From IMG/VR virus record IMGVR_UViG_3300020470_000096, positions 1 to 34,200 of that record: a stretch of DNA of 34,200 bases. One strand, 5' to 3'. Under the pieces are notes generated by a model. That model had not been told where the DNA came from and ran no database searches. It was given only the letters and a program-made list of their open reading frames with translations. Below are positions 9,051 to 20,156 of the stretch, one piece after another. Source of the DNA: a virus. Lineage: Duplodnaviria; Caudoviricetes. Each line of letters starts with the position of its first letter. Positions within the stretch are counted from its first letter, which is position 1. The translations under genes were made by a program, and so were the position numbers.

Positions 9051-10616
9051 TTAATTACAAGCTATTTCATTATATAATTCTGTTACTTGAGTTTGTGTTA
9101 AGGCACTATTGAATACTCTAATTTGATCCATATTTCCATCAAAGTAATAAGTAAGTGATGTAGGATGTCTTCCTATATCAGTATATACTTGTGGAGTTAA
9201 ATCCCAAGTTAAAGCAAGAGAAGTGTTAGTCCCTAATAAAGTTCCATCTAAATATAATTCCCATTTATCATTATAAGCCCTAGTTAAAACTATATGTTGC
9301 CATGTGCCGGTTGATAAAGATCCGGTTTGAAAAATATCTCCCGATCCTGATGGTCCCGCTACCCAAGGTTCTAGAACAGCATAGTTCATATAAAAAAGGA
9401 ATCCATCATGTGTAGCAGATCCATACCCATCTGTCCCAAATATACCTTGCCATTGAGGGACCACTGTATCCGGGTTAACCCACATAGAAATAGAAAAATC
9501 CTTACTAAAATTAAAAAGATTAGTTATTTGTACATAACTATTAGTTCCATTAAAAACAGCGGCTTTACGGTATTTACCTGACGCAGTATATGGTTCTAGA
9601 TTATATGCTGTTCCATTATAATTACCACACGTGTCTTCGGTATTATTTTGAAATGTATATAAAGCAACATTAGTAGAATTAGGATAACTACATAAACAAG
9701 TAGTAGGTTGACCTGTTATATATGCATTTTCTGTTTGATACCAATTTGTACCATTATAATATTCTAATCTATTCACACTTTTATTAAACCGAAATTCACC
9801 TATAGATAAATTAGTTGTTGGTCTATATGCTTCTGTACCAGTTTCATTATATAACTCTGTTACTTGTGAAGAATTTAGATATGCAGAATAAAGACGAAAT
9901 TGATCTATTTCTCCATTCCACCATCTATCTGTTCCAGCATTTCTAGAACCAATAGAACACCCTGCATTACTGGCAGAATAAAATGTACCATTCCATGATG
10001 TATCAATTCCTTCTAAAGTTCCATTAACATATAGTTTCATATTATCTTTTTCTCCTGTAAACACTATATGATACCAAGTACCTGTTGTTATAGTACTTGT
10101 AGGAGTTACACAAATTCTTCCTGTACCAGTACTAGCTTCAGCTACTTCACCTTGTATCACTCCATCATATACTAATCTAAGATTTAAATAACTATTTTCA
10201 TAAAAAGAACAAATAAATAAATCATTAGTATAAGAACTTGAAGCGGGTAAAGCATTGGTATTAATCCATACTGAAATAGCAAATTGACCAGTAGCTAAAT
10301 AATCCGTTTCAATACTATTGGGTAATACAACATATTGATCAGTTCCATTGAATTCTCCCGCTTTATCAAATCCTGGTTTAGCTCCTGTTGTAAAAGTTAC
10401 TGGATTACTAGATTGAGTTCCATTATAATTACCACATGTATCATTTACTGTATCATTAAATTCATATAAAGCTGTTCCTTCTACTGATGAAGCTGTAGGA
10501 AAATTACATGCGTTAGTATAACCAACAGGAATTATTGTACCCGATGTATTCTTATTAGATATACTATCATTAGGAAAATCTAAGAGTTCTGAAGTATTTA
10601 TTTTAGTAATTGCCAT
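9051..10616 (-). CDS. Tail/capsid fibre protein with two LamG (concanavalin A-like) domains
   Basis: Two repeats of ALYxF...F(A/S)IS(V/M)W...W(Y/Q)HIV...LYxxG...G(E/N)(I/M)DQxR. Confidence 0.85.
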   Translation of the reverse strand: MAITKINTSELLDFPNDSISNKNTSGTIIPVGYTNACNFPTASSVEGTALYEFNDTVNDTCGNYNGTQSSNPVTFTTGAKPGFDKAGEFNGTDQYVVLPNSIETDYLATGQFAISVWINTNALPASSSYTNDLFICSFYENSYLNLRLVYDGVIQGEVAEASTGTGRICVTPTSTITTGTWYHIVFTGEKDNMKLYVNGTLEGIDTSWNGTFYSASNAGCSIGSRNAGTDRWWNGEIDQFRLYSAYLNSSQVTELYNETGTEAYRPTTNLSIGEFRFNKSVNRLEYYNGTNWYQTENAYITGQPTTCLCSYPNSTNVALYTFQNNTEDTCGNYNGTAYNLEPYTASGKYRKAAVFNGTNSYVQITNLFNFSKDFSISMWVNPDTVVPQWQGIFGTDGYGSATHDGFLFYMNYAVLEPWVAGPSGSGDIFQTGSLSTGTWQHIVLTRAYNDKWELYLDGTLLGTNTSLALTWDLTPQVYTDIGRHPTSLTYYFDGNMDQIRVFNSALTQTQVTELYNEIACN

Positions 10617-10626
10617 ATTTTATAAA

Positions 10627-13600
10627 TTAAGGAAGATAAATTTCACGATATAATTTTAAAACTTGATCTGCAGTTAAACTACGATCAAAAATACGTAAAT
10701 GATCAATCGAACCATTCCATGTACCATGTGGATCATAAGGAAAAATTGAACTACCAAAACAATTATTACATTTAATACTTCCTATATTATTATACTGATA
10801 ATAAGGACTAGAATAAGTAGCAAAAGTACCATTCCAAGCAGGTGATGGACTTGGTCCTGGACTAGTTGCGTCCGTTCCATTTATATATATTTTTAATCCA
10901 TCTGCCGCACTACCAGTAGTACAAACATGAGTCCATTCGTTTGCTTTTATTGGCACAACTGCCACTGCTTCCGGATAAACTGCAGTTTCTTCTACTATTA
11001 TTGTTTTCATAATACCACTAGGATACAATCTTAGTGAAAGATATATATTATCAAGAAAAGTAATTACGGTACCATAACCAATACTTGCAACAGTTAAGGT
11101 AGCTGGATTAACCCATGCAGATACAGTGAATTGTCCACTATTTCTTAAAGGCGTAGTTATAGAAGAAGATATATCTGTAACCGTAGATCCTCCACTTCCG
11201 GTTGTACCATTAAAAATAATTGATTGACCTCCAAATTTTCCAAGGCCATAAGTTATATTACTTACTGTTCCAGGATTATAAGTAGTTGGATCACACGTTG
11301 TATTACCATTAAATCTCCAAAAAGCTAGAGCATCAATTGGATAATCTTTAATACCTCCATTTAATGTAAATTCACCCCATCCTGAGGAGGAAAAATGTTC
11401 CATTTTATCTGTAGTACTATTATATCTTACCATTCCTATTTCAGCTCCCGGTTCGTCAACATTAGTAAAAGTTATATTACCTTCACCACTTTTAAATACT
11501 AAAGTATCAGTAGATCCACTTGTAAAATGGGTTTGAATCTCATTTTCTTTTTGCCACAGATCATAGATTTGAGCATCAGTTAAAACACTTTGATATATTC
11601 GTAATTGGTCTATTTCACCACTAAAATGACTAGTACCATCAAATCTACCAACTCTAAAATAATTATCACCCCAAGTTGACCACGGATTAGCTGTACCATT
11701 AGTCCACGCACTACCACTTTGTTTAAAAGTAGCTGAAGAAGTTACATTAATTCCATCTACAAATAATCCTAATAAACCAGCTGTTGTAGACGGAGCAGTT
11801 GTGCCATCTGATATATATGTCACAGCAACATGATGCCAATTATTATCAGCTACAACTTGAGCTGTGTAAGCATATGGTCCACCAGCAGCACCATTACCAC
11901 CATTACTTCCTCCTGCTGACACATTAAAATATAATTCGCCTCCTGTACCGATATACATCGCTGCTCCACTTGTTGAACTACCTGGTGAATTTCCTGCTAT
12001 ATGTTGTTCAGAACCAGTAGTGGAAGTTTTTATCCACGCAGACATTGTAAAACTTTTTGCATCGGTAGTACCTAATAATGTGCCAACTAGACCTGAAGTA
12101 GCAAAATAATTACTAGCACTAAATCCACTAGCAACTTCTCCAAATTTACCATTAGGATAACTTAAAGTACCTACTGTTGTTTGATTATTACTAGCACTCC
12201 CAGTACTATTACCATTTCCTTGAAATTCATATAGAGCTACAGCAGTTGCTCCAGATGGAAAACTTGGTTCGTCTATTGTTACATCGGATGATGTTTTAAG
12301 TAATGGTAAACTTCCAGGTTTAGAATTATTATAAATATTTTGAATATCTGTTAAAGATAAAATACTTGCATATAGTCTTACTTGTTCAATAGCACCATCA
12401 AAAAACTCCCAAACTCTAGGAGAATAACCATCAAGTACATAGGCTCCAATACTAGGAGTCATTGGATAACTTGTAATATATCCCGGGCCAGTAACACTCG
12501 CTGTAAGAACTAACTCGCCGTTTAAATAAATTTTTGATTCAGTAGAATTATAAGAAAGAGCTACGTGATACCAAGTATTACTAGTAATAAGACCTGTTGC
12601 AGTAGAAGAAGTAGTACCTACAGGATATTGTTGTACTCTAAGAGCAGTATTATTTACGTGAAAAATAACACCTTGAAATGTTAATCCAAGATCATACCCT
12701 GTGTTTCCCCAAATAGTTTGATTACTAGCAGAAGTAGCATTATCTGTGTTTATCCAAGCACTAACTGTATATTCAGAATCAATAAAATGATTATGGGCAA
12801 ATTCTACAAAACTTGTACTTCCATTAAAAGAAGCTGCTTGATTAAATTTGCCTCCAATATAAGTAATATCTGTTACTGTCCCATTAAAATTTCCCCCAAC
12901 ATCATTAGGATTTCCATTTAAAGGCCAATAGGCTACACCATATTTATCTGCAGGCCAATTAATTGTATAAGTATCACCACTATTATAACTATATCCACTA
13001 ACTTCTGTAGTATCATATTTTAAAATTACTACTCCAGAACCACCGGCACCTCCTGTGGCTTGACCATTACCATCACCACCACCGCCTCCACCAGTATTTG
13101 GCGTACCAATTTCACCATTTGTCCCTGATTGTCCTCCGGCTCCTCCACCGCCATCACCACCAGTTCCTTTAGTTCCGCTGTAAGCACCACCGCCACCACC
13201 ACCGGCTACATATACACTTGTAGAAATTACATCACCTATTTGTGCTAGATTAGCATTACTCGAATTTATAAACGCACTTATATCTACACCATTTCCTCCA
13301 GCTCCTCCATTTCCAGAAGAACTCGTAGCTCCTACACCACCAGCAACATTATAACCACCTCCACCTCCTCCTGTAGAGTTCCAATAAGGTGAACCTAAAC
13401 CACCAGCACCACCTGCATTACCTTGACTATTTAAAGAATCTCCAGCAGCACCTCCATTTCTTCCGCCACCACCGCCAGAACCTCCGTCCATTCCAACTGG
13501 ATCTGTACCAGCACTACCTCCGCCGCCGCCAATTGCTCGCAAACCATTAAATCCAGAATCACTACCATTTATTCCTCTAGGATGACTTGTTGGAGGATTA

Positions 13601-13887
13601 GGTTGTACTCCAACTCCTCCTTTGCCTACACTTATCATTGTGGGTTTACCACTGTATACAATACTATTTGTTCCTGTAAGATAACCTCCAGCACCACCGC
13701 CTCCAAGACCATCTGTGGCGCCAGCACCATTACTACCACCAGCTCCACCACCAGCTACTATTACATAATCAACTAATGAAGTACTAGGTGGTCTTTGAGC
13801 TTCTGTTCCATTACAACCTTTTAAAGCATTAGTAGAATCTGATTGATTTAAATCGGTAAGATCATTAATTACTTTTGTTATAGCCAT
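10627..13887 (-). CDS. Fibre protein with glycine-rich domain and three LamG domains
   Basis: VDYVIVAGGGAGG...GGSGVVILKY Gly-rich domain; three LamG repeats (T(V/M)SAW, WxHV, I(D/E)xxR(L/I)). Confidence 0.85.
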   Translation of the reverse strand: MAITKVINDLTDLNQSDSTNALKGCNGTEAQRPPSTSLVDYVIVAGGGAGGSNGAGATDGLGGGGAGGYLTGTNSIVYSGKPTMISVGKGGVGVQPNPPTSHPRGINGSDSGFNGLRAIGGGGGSAGTDPVGMDGGSGGGGGRNGGAAGDSLNSQGNAGGAGGLGSPYWNSTGGGGGGYNVAGGVGATSSSGNGGAGGNGVDISAFINSSNANLAQIGDVISTSVYVAGGGGGGAYSGTKGTGGDGGGGAGGQSGTNGEIGTPNTGGGGGGDGNGQATGGAGGSGVVILKYDTTEVSGYSYNSGDTYTINWPADKYGVAYWPLNGNPNDVGGNFNGTVTDITYIGGKFNQAASFNGSTSFVEFAHNHFIDSEYTVSAWINTDNATSASNQTIWGNTGYDLGLTFQGVIFHVNNTALRVQQYPVGTTSSTATGLITSNTWYHVALSYNSTESKIYLNGELVLTASVTGPGYITSYPMTPSIGAYVLDGYSPRVWEFFDGAIEQVRLYASILSLTDIQNIYNNSKPGSLPLLKTSSDVTIDEPSFPSGATAVALYEFQGNGNSTGSASNNQTTVGTLSYPNGKFGEVASGFSASNYFATSGLVGTLLGTTDAKSFTMSAWIKTSTTGSEQHIAGNSPGSSTSGAAMYIGTGGELYFNVSAGGSNGGNGAAGGPYAYTAQVVADNNWHHVAVTYISDGTTAPSTTAGLLGLFVDGINVTSSATFKQSGSAWTNGTANPWSTWGDNYFRVGRFDGTSHFSGEIDQLRIYQSVLTDAQIYDLWQKENEIQTHFTSGSTDTLVFKSGEGNITFTNVDEPGAEIGMVRYNSTTDKMEHFSSSGWGEFTLNGGIKDYPIDALAFWRFNGNTTCDPTTYNPGTVSNITYGLGKFGGQSIIFNGTTGSGGSTVTDISSSITTPLRNSGQFTVSAWVNPATLTVASIGYGTVITFLDNIYLSLRLYPSGIMKTIIVEETAVYPEAVAVVPIKANEWTHVCTTGSAADGLKIYINGTDATSPGPSPSPAWNGTFATYSSPYYQYNNIGSIKCNNCFGSSIFPYDPHGTWNGSIDHLRIFDRSLTADQVLKLYREIYLP

Positions 13888-13897
13888 ATTTTATTAT

Positions 13898-16066
13898 TTA
13901 AGAAGCGAATGCCATAAATAAATATTTTACACCCGGATCATTTAAATCATCTGAACCATCTGACGAAGGATAAAAACCATCAGTTGTTGTACTTATTTGT
14001 CTTACTCCAGAAAATGCTACTTCTGAATCATTTTTATTAGCCCATAAAAGATTATACCAAGGACTTGTAGTATTTCTTTTATTATCTAATATTACCCAAT
14101 TACCTACAGCATCTACGCTTTTTATCATAATCCATGCGGGAGAAAATCCAGTATAAACATAAGGTGAATTATCTGAAGCTCCGGTTCCCATATAAACTCC
14201 TATTTGAGAATACCCTGCAATAGATCTCCAACTATAAGCTACCATTTCACTACCACTAGAATTTGTTTCAGTAGCACCACTACTACCTGCTTGCCAAGTA
14301 TTTGAGTTTACAGTTCCAAATCTATTAGTCCACGTACTTGAAGTTGCATCGGCATTTATAAATAAGGTTTCACTACTTGCTGTAAAAACGCTTGACCATG
14401 TGGCCCAACTAGCACTAGCATTATCTAAATTTTTTACTATTATTATATCTGGTGTATCTCCAAGTCCATGAGGAATAGTATCCCCTAATGTAGAACTTCC
14501 TGTATATTTTACAATAGAAAATCCCGCTAATGAATTTATACTCATTTTATCTGGATAAAGAGTAGGACTTCCGCTTGGAGTATAAGCAGATTCTAAATTA
14601 CCATTTAATGATACACTACTAGCTGTCATAGCCCCACTACTCGCTACATTGGTAGCTGTAGGAGTTCCTCCAGCTTTCCAATTCCATGATACATATAATT
14701 CACTTGAAGCATTTACTGCGGTTCCATTACCCACAAAAAATCCATCACTATTCCATGCAAGAACACCATAATTACCTGAATATGTGGTTTGTGCATCAGT
14801 ATTATTAGAATGTAACCACTCATTAGCACCTCTAACAGTATCAAATAAGGCATGGTTTTCTGTATCATCTCTATCTTTTATCCACGTAAAATCTGCTTCA
14901 AATCCAACACCGGATATTGATTGATTAGTACCTCCGTTTCCAGTATATAATACGGTATTAAAATTATATAAACCAATAGCCGCTACTTCATCTAAAGTTT
15001 CATCTACAGATTTCCATCCTTCAGTTCCATTATAAATTTCTAATTTTTGAGTTGAAGTATTTGATCTTGTTTCTCCAATATTTGGTTCTGGAGAACTAGC
15101 TGAAAATATAACTGTACCTGTACCTTGCTTTATAACTAAAACTTTATAATCTCCTTCTGTATAAGGACCTGCTTCAGCTGTAAATCCAGATGTAGTAACT
15201 GTTCTAGTAGACTTATAACGTAAAATTATTACTCCTCTACCTCCAGATCCTCCTATATTTGTACGTGCTGGTGCTGTTGATCCACAACCTCCACCACCAC
15301 CACCAGTATTAGCCATACCATTTCCACCACTACTTGGATAAACAACTCCATCTCCACCACCACCTAATCCACCTGATAATGTTCCAGCAGTATTGGATCC
15401 AGCTCCTCCACCGCCTGCAAACCATACTCCAGAACCAGATACTTCACCAACACCAGCTGACGTTGCATTTGTGGAATTTATTATTGAAGATTTGTTTACT
15501 CCTATTCCTGCTGCCCCTGCTTGACCACTTCCACCAGCAGCGCCTGCACCTCCCCCACCAGCTCCAGCATAAGGAGAAGTATTAGAATTAACAGTTCCAC
15601 CCGCATTTCCTTGGCCAGGAGTTCCAGCACCTCCAGTACCTCCTGCACTTGACAAATAAGAACCACCACCACCGCCAGATCCACCAAGTTGACCATTAGC
15701 ACCACCTCGTTGTCCACCTCTTCCTCCACCAACAGCAGTTAATGTAAGTGAAGCACTATCTGTTAATACAGAATCATCTCCATTTTGAGCGGCTCCTGTA
15801 GGATAAGTTCCTATTCCTACTCCACCTTCTCCAACGGTTAAAGTAAAAGTAGTACCATCAGGCATGCTTACACTATCGTTTAATACACCTCCAGCACCTC
15901 CACCACCATCGTTATCAGCCCCAGTTGCACCACCACCAGCCACTATAAGATATTCCACTGTGTGTCTACCACTAGGTCTTTCTGTATTAGTACCTCTTGG
16001 CATCTTTAACCCGTTTGTATCCGAGCTAAGATCTATAGTATCGGTTATTATATTAGTTAAAGCCAT
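13898..16066 (-). CDS. Fibre protein with glycine-rich domain and C-terminal YTGNG-repeat domain
   Basis: VEYLIVAGGG Gly-rich domain; FNTVLYTGNG..GVGFEADFTWIKDR, GFSIVKYTG and YTGFSPAWIMIK repeats typical of marine phage fibres. Confidence 0.8.
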   Translation of the reverse strand: MALTNIITDTIDLSSDTNGLKMPRGTNTERPSGRHTVEYLIVAGGGATGADNDGGGGAGGVLNDSVSMPDGTTFTLTVGEGGVGIGTYPTGAAQNGDDSVLTDSASLTLTAVGGGRGGQRGGANGQLGGSGGGGGSYLSSAGGTGGAGTPGQGNAGGTVNSNTSPYAGAGGGGAGAAGGSGQAGAAGIGVNKSSIINSTNATSAGVGEVSGSGVWFAGGGGAGSNTAGTLSGGLGGGGDGVVYPSSGGNGMANTGGGGGGCGSTAPARTNIGGSGGRGVIILRYKSTRTVTTSGFTAEAGPYTEGDYKVLVIKQGTGTVIFSASSPEPNIGETRSNTSTQKLEIYNGTEGWKSVDETLDEVAAIGLYNFNTVLYTGNGGTNQSISGVGFEADFTWIKDRDDTENHALFDTVRGANEWLHSNNTDAQTTYSGNYGVLAWNSDGFFVGNGTAVNASSELYVSWNWKAGGTPTATNVASSGAMTASSVSLNGNLESAYTPSGSPTLYPDKMSINSLAGFSIVKYTGSSTLGDTIPHGLGDTPDIIIVKNLDNASASWATWSSVFTASSETLFINADATSSTWTNRFGTVNSNTWQAGSSGATETNSSGSEMVAYSWRSIAGYSQIGVYMGTGASDNSPYVYTGFSPAWIMIKSVDAVGNWVILDNKRNTTSPWYNLLWANKNDSEVAFSGVRQISTTTDGFYPSSDGSDDLNDPGVKYLFMAFAS

Positions 16067-16069
16067 TTA

Positions 16070-18574
16070 TTATGTTGTTGTTACTGTTTCAACTAAAGCA
16101 CCAGTTGGAAATACTGCTAAACCAGCTAATGTTAAGGTACTACCACTTACGGTATATGAAGTTTTACTTTGATAAACACCAGATACATATAGATCAACAT
16201 AGTATTCTGCGGGAGTTGCAGAAACAGTTACTCCTAATGCATGTGTAGAAACACCAGCACCAACCGAAGCTACTGTAGCTACAGTTTTAGTTCCACCTCC
16301 ACCAGCAGGTAATGTTGTCCAACTTCCTGTTCCACCATCTAAATATTCACCAGAACCTCCTCCTCCGGGTACATGACCTACATTATTACCTCCTGCAAAA
16401 GCATTAGAAACTACCGTAACAGTTCTAGTTGCTTGACTAATTGATATTGCATCATTAGCACCTGTTGATGTACCAGATGAACCTGTTGTAAATGTTACAG
16501 CATCTCCACTATTTACTGTCGCTGAAGTACTACCATCAGTTACATCCCATGTGTAAGTACCTGGAACACTAGCCCAAGTACCATCATCTTTTAAAAAGTT
16601 TCCAGAACCACCGCCTGTTATACCTAAAGTTAAAGTACCTGATGAGGTGACAGGTGAATTTGTAATTGTAAACGCAGCCATTGGAGATCCAGTACCATCA
16701 TCTGTGGCTAACCCTACAGATGTTACAGTACCAGCAACTCCGGTTTGAAAATAAGTTTTAAGATCAGATAATAAAATATCTTTAACAATATTACCAGCAT
16801 CATCATCATTTATAAGCATGCTATCATCACCATGCGGAGATGTTAAACTTGTTGCTGGAGCTAAAACAAGGTTGTTAGTTCCACTAAAATTTGGACTAAT
16901 TGTTATACTACCTGTTCCAGCACTTGTACTAAATCCTGTACCCACTGCAACTTGAGTTACCCCTGTGTTTTCAATTGTTAATTTATTTGGGGTTCCAGCT
17001 GTTACAGTAGTACCTATACCAGTTCCACCTTCATATTCTACTCTTAATGTATTTGTTACATTTACTGTTGTTGCATTATCTCCTTCTAACACCCAATATT
17101 GTGCAACACCACTTGGAACTGTAACCCATGTACCAGCTCCATCTAAATATTGACCAGCTGTACCACCTGCTGGAAGTGATATCCAACCTGATCCATTATC
17201 TGTAAAATAAGTATTATCAAATCCTGCAATTCCAATAACAGCAAGTGCTGAAGTATTAGCAGTTGCAACATCTATGTTCTTTTGAATTTCTGTCCAATCT
17301 GCTTCTGTTGTGGGATTATCTGTGTTGGCAATTAATAAATCCCCTGGTTCTAAAGTAATTGTCCAAAATCCAGACGCATTACCTGCATGTGTAACAGCAT
17401 AAGTAAAACCTTGTTTTATACTATTAGGACTAGTTGTTAAATCTGGAACATTAGTATTTGCATTATAAGGACCTTGATAAATTAAAGTACCTGAACCAGT
17501 GATAGATGTATCTACATAATTCTTAGTTGCTGCATCTTGAGCTGCTACAGGATCAGTAACACTTGTAATTTTATTACTACCCATGCTATAATCTCCGGTT
17601 GCAGTACTTAAATCATTTACTCCAAGACCAGTAACGTATGTTGTTATATCACTACCTTTAGCTAAATTATTTCCGCTATTAGCTGTAGGATCTCCAGTAA
17701 CAGCATTAACCACTGGACTTACACTTGGAGTTCCTGTAATACTAATAGTGTTTACATCGCCACTACTTACATCTGTAACTGTTCCTTGAAATGTTTCACC
17801 TGCTTCTATTTCAATTTCACCTGAACCTAATCTGGTTAAAGCAATATTTGTACCGGCGGTTAATTGTACTAATGATGAAGATCCAGTAGTTGCTGTTAAA
17901 TTAAGAAAAACGTTACCACCACCGGCATCAGTTGCATTAAGATCATATGTATCTCCAACAGCTGTAGAATTTACCCATTGTACTGCACTACCTCCTTGAG
18001 ATTGCAATACTTGTCCAAGTGTACCAGTACCTCCATTCGCACTAATAGTACCTGTTATAACAAGATTAGTAGAAGTTGCTGTGCCTGATAAAAATAAATT
18101 TTGCCATCTACCTGTTCCTGTAACACCTAAGTCGTAAGTTGCATCTGCAGACGGTGCAAAAGTTTTAGCAGAAGTTATTGTAGTACCTCCTGAAGTTTCT
18201 TCTAAAGATGAATTACCAAGAGCTGCACCACTAGTCCATATAGGAATTTTATCAGTTGTACCTGAAAGCCCACCTAACTTACTATTAAAAACAGTCCAAT
18301 CTGTTGCTGACAAATAACCATCAGTAGTCGTAGTAGCTTTAGGAATTCCTACTACACCACTTCCAGTTATAGTTCCACCAGTTAATGGAGCTGTAAATTG
18401 AATAGATGTAACTCCAATACCACCTACGCTTTTAATATATGCTATAAGATTATCTATCGAATAGCTTTTAGTTGTATTTTTCTTTTTGCCATTAACCTCA
18501 ACTGTAGAAGTTCCTACTAAAAGATCTGTACCTTGTATATTGGTTTCACTGGGATAACTATAAATTATTGCCAT
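16070..18574 (-). CDS. Tail fibre-like protein
   Basis: 834 aa, T/G-rich; DAATKNYVD, repeated GTVTSV and (Y/F)LxxxGxW motifs; N-terminus MAIIYSYP. Confidence 0.75.
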   Translation of the reverse strand: MAIIYSYPSETNIQGTDLLVGTSTVEVNGKKKNTTKSYSIDNLIAYIKSVGGIGVTSIQFTAPLTGGTITGSGVVGIPKATTTTDGYLSATDWTVFNSKLGGLSGTTDKIPIWTSGAALGNSSLEETSGGTTITSAKTFAPSADATYDLGVTGTGRWQNLFLSGTATSTNLVITGTISANGGTGTLGQVLQSQGGSAVQWVNSTAVGDTYDLNATDAGGGNVFLNLTATTGSSSLVQLTAGTNIALTRLGSGEIEIEAGETFQGTVTDVSSGDVNTISITGTPSVSPVVNAVTGDPTANSGNNLAKGSDITTYVTGLGVNDLSTATGDYSMGSNKITSVTDPVAAQDAATKNYVDTSITGSGTLIYQGPYNANTNVPDLTTSPNSIKQGFTYAVTHAGNASGFWTITLEPGDLLIANTDNPTTEADWTEIQKNIDVATANTSALAVIGIAGFDNTYFTDNGSGWISLPAGGTAGQYLDGAGTWVTVPSGVAQYWVLEGDNATTVNVTNTLRVEYEGGTGIGTTVTAGTPNKLTIENTGVTQVAVGTGFSTSAGTGSITISPNFSGTNNLVLAPATSLTSPHGDDSMLINDDDAGNIVKDILLSDLKTYFQTGVAGTVTSVGLATDDGTGSPMAAFTITNSPVTSSGTLTLGITGGGSGNFLKDDGTWASVPGTYTWDVTDGSTSATVNSGDAVTFTTGSSGTSTGANDAISISQATRTVTVVSNAFAGGNNVGHVPGGGGSGEYLDGGTGSWTTLPAGGGGTKTVATVASVGAGVSTHALGVTVSATPAEYYVDLYVSGVYQSKTSYTVSGSTLTLAGLAVFPTGALVETVTTT

Positions 18575-18587
18575 TGTTAATTTTTTA

Positions 18588-20150
18588 CTATATTAATTGT
18601 AATGTTCCTGTTATTGTTGTTACTACTGTTTGAGAACCATTGATAGTTCCTGCTGCTTGTACAATTGTAGGTGCTACTGCCCATGAATAAGCAGTTGGAT
18701 CCACAATAGAAATTGCTGTAGTAAAACTATATGTTAAAGATGATGCTATCGTTGTTGATTGTGTTGCACCTGTTACGTCACCTGTTAGATTATATGCTGA
18801 AGCTGGTCCTCCTTGAATATCTGTTACTACTAAAAGAGTAGCTTTAATTTCCGGGGTTGGTACCGCTACAATTTCCCCAGCTAATGTCATAGTAACATTT
18901 GTAGAAGCTGCCGAAGGTATTGTACCGCTTGTTACATTTCCACTTACAGGAGTAGAAAAATAATATCCTGCTTGAGGAGTAGCTATTACTTTAAATGAAT
19001 AAGGTTCGCCTTCAATACCACTTTGAGTTTTAGGTGCTGGTGTATCTCCACTTAAAATATAACCGGTACCTGTACCTGTTCCATCTGGACTTACAATACC
19101 ATTGGTAATTGTGGTTAATACAACATCGTTTGCACTAACTGGTCCAGTTGCTATAATATATAATGTATTAGGATCTGGAGTAGCTATACCACTATATTGA
19201 GTTGTTGTTAAACTTACTACATTCATAACTTTCGCAGTAGTAGTATAAGTATCAGTATTATTTTTTAAAGCAGGTTCATCTGCGTCGTCTATATATTTTT
19301 GCACTTTAGGCAATGCGCCTATAGGAATTTCACCAAGTGTAGTTGTTTTTATATCATTTGATGATATTTTATTAAATGCAATTATATCATCTGAAGTAGC
19401 TAAAGCAAGAGAAGATGAATTTAAAATGTAGTTATTAGATCCACTGTATGAAACACCAATTACTGGATTAGTTGTTAAGGTTCCAGAATCTAATACTAAA
19501 CCATCACCTGGAATTATACTTTGTACCGTTCCTGGATTATTAGTTGCATTAATTGTTACGTTTCCTACACCGGTTGTTGGCGCTAAAGTTACATTAGTTC
19601 CTGCAACTAAAGATCTTACACCTGTATTTGAAACTGTTACATCGCCTGTTGCTGCATCTATTCCAATACCAGTTCCTGCTATAATACTAGAAACTCCTCC
19701 AGTTGCTGCAGGTATTTGAATTGTTATATTATCACTTCCATCATTTGTTACTGTTACCCCTGCACCTGTAAAATTAAATGAACTTACTTCATTAGTTATT
19801 ATACTTCCCTCGTCTAATACTGGTAAAGTAATTACTCCAGATGTAGAAGCAGGCATCCATTTATTATCGCCTCTTAAAAATGTACTGCTAGATGGTGTGC
19901 CTGTTGCAGATAACGAAGCTGTTAAAGTACCAGTATTTATAATAGTACCTCCAGTCAGGTTTATAAACGTAGAATTTGCAGTTGAAACTTCTGTAACTGT
20001 TCCATCATTTGCATCTGCTGTAACTAAAGCTGCTAAACTACCAATAGTAAATGTTTTAGTAGGTTTACTATCATCGCTTATTGAAGTTCCTAACAACAGA
20101 TCATTAGTTGTTGGTGTTGATTCTAAAGGATAACTATATATTATTGCCAT
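18588..20150 (-). CDS. Tail fibre-like protein (paralog)
   Basis: MAIIYSYP N-terminus, FLRGDNKW, AGTxI repeats, LTTTQYSGIATPDPNTLYII. Confidence 0.75.
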   Translation of the reverse strand: MAIIYSYPLESTPTTNDLLLGTSISDDSKPTKTFTIGSLAALVTADANDGTVTEVSTANSTFINLTGGTIINTGTLTASLSATGTPSSSTFLRGDNKWMPASTSGVITLPVLDEGSIITNEVSSFNFTGAGVTVTNDGSDNITIQIPAATGGVSSIIAGTGIGIDAATGDVTVSNTGVRSLVAGTNVTLAPTTGVGNVTINATNNPGTVQSIIPGDGLVLDSGTLTTNPVIGVSYSGSNNYILNSSSLALATSDDIIAFNKISSNDIKTTTLGEIPIGALPKVQKYIDDADEPALKNNTDTYTTTAKVMNVVSLTTTQYSGIATPDPNTLYIIATGPVSANDVVLTTITNGIVSPDGTGTGTGYILSGDTPAPKTQSGIEGEPYSFKVIATPQAGYYFSTPVSGNVTSGTIPSAASTNVTMTLAGEIVAVPTPEIKATLLVVTDIQGGPASAYNLTGDVTGATQSTTIASSLTYSFTTAISIVDPTAYSWAVAPTIVQAAGTINGSQTVVTTITGTLQLI

Positions 20151-20156
20151 GTGTTT

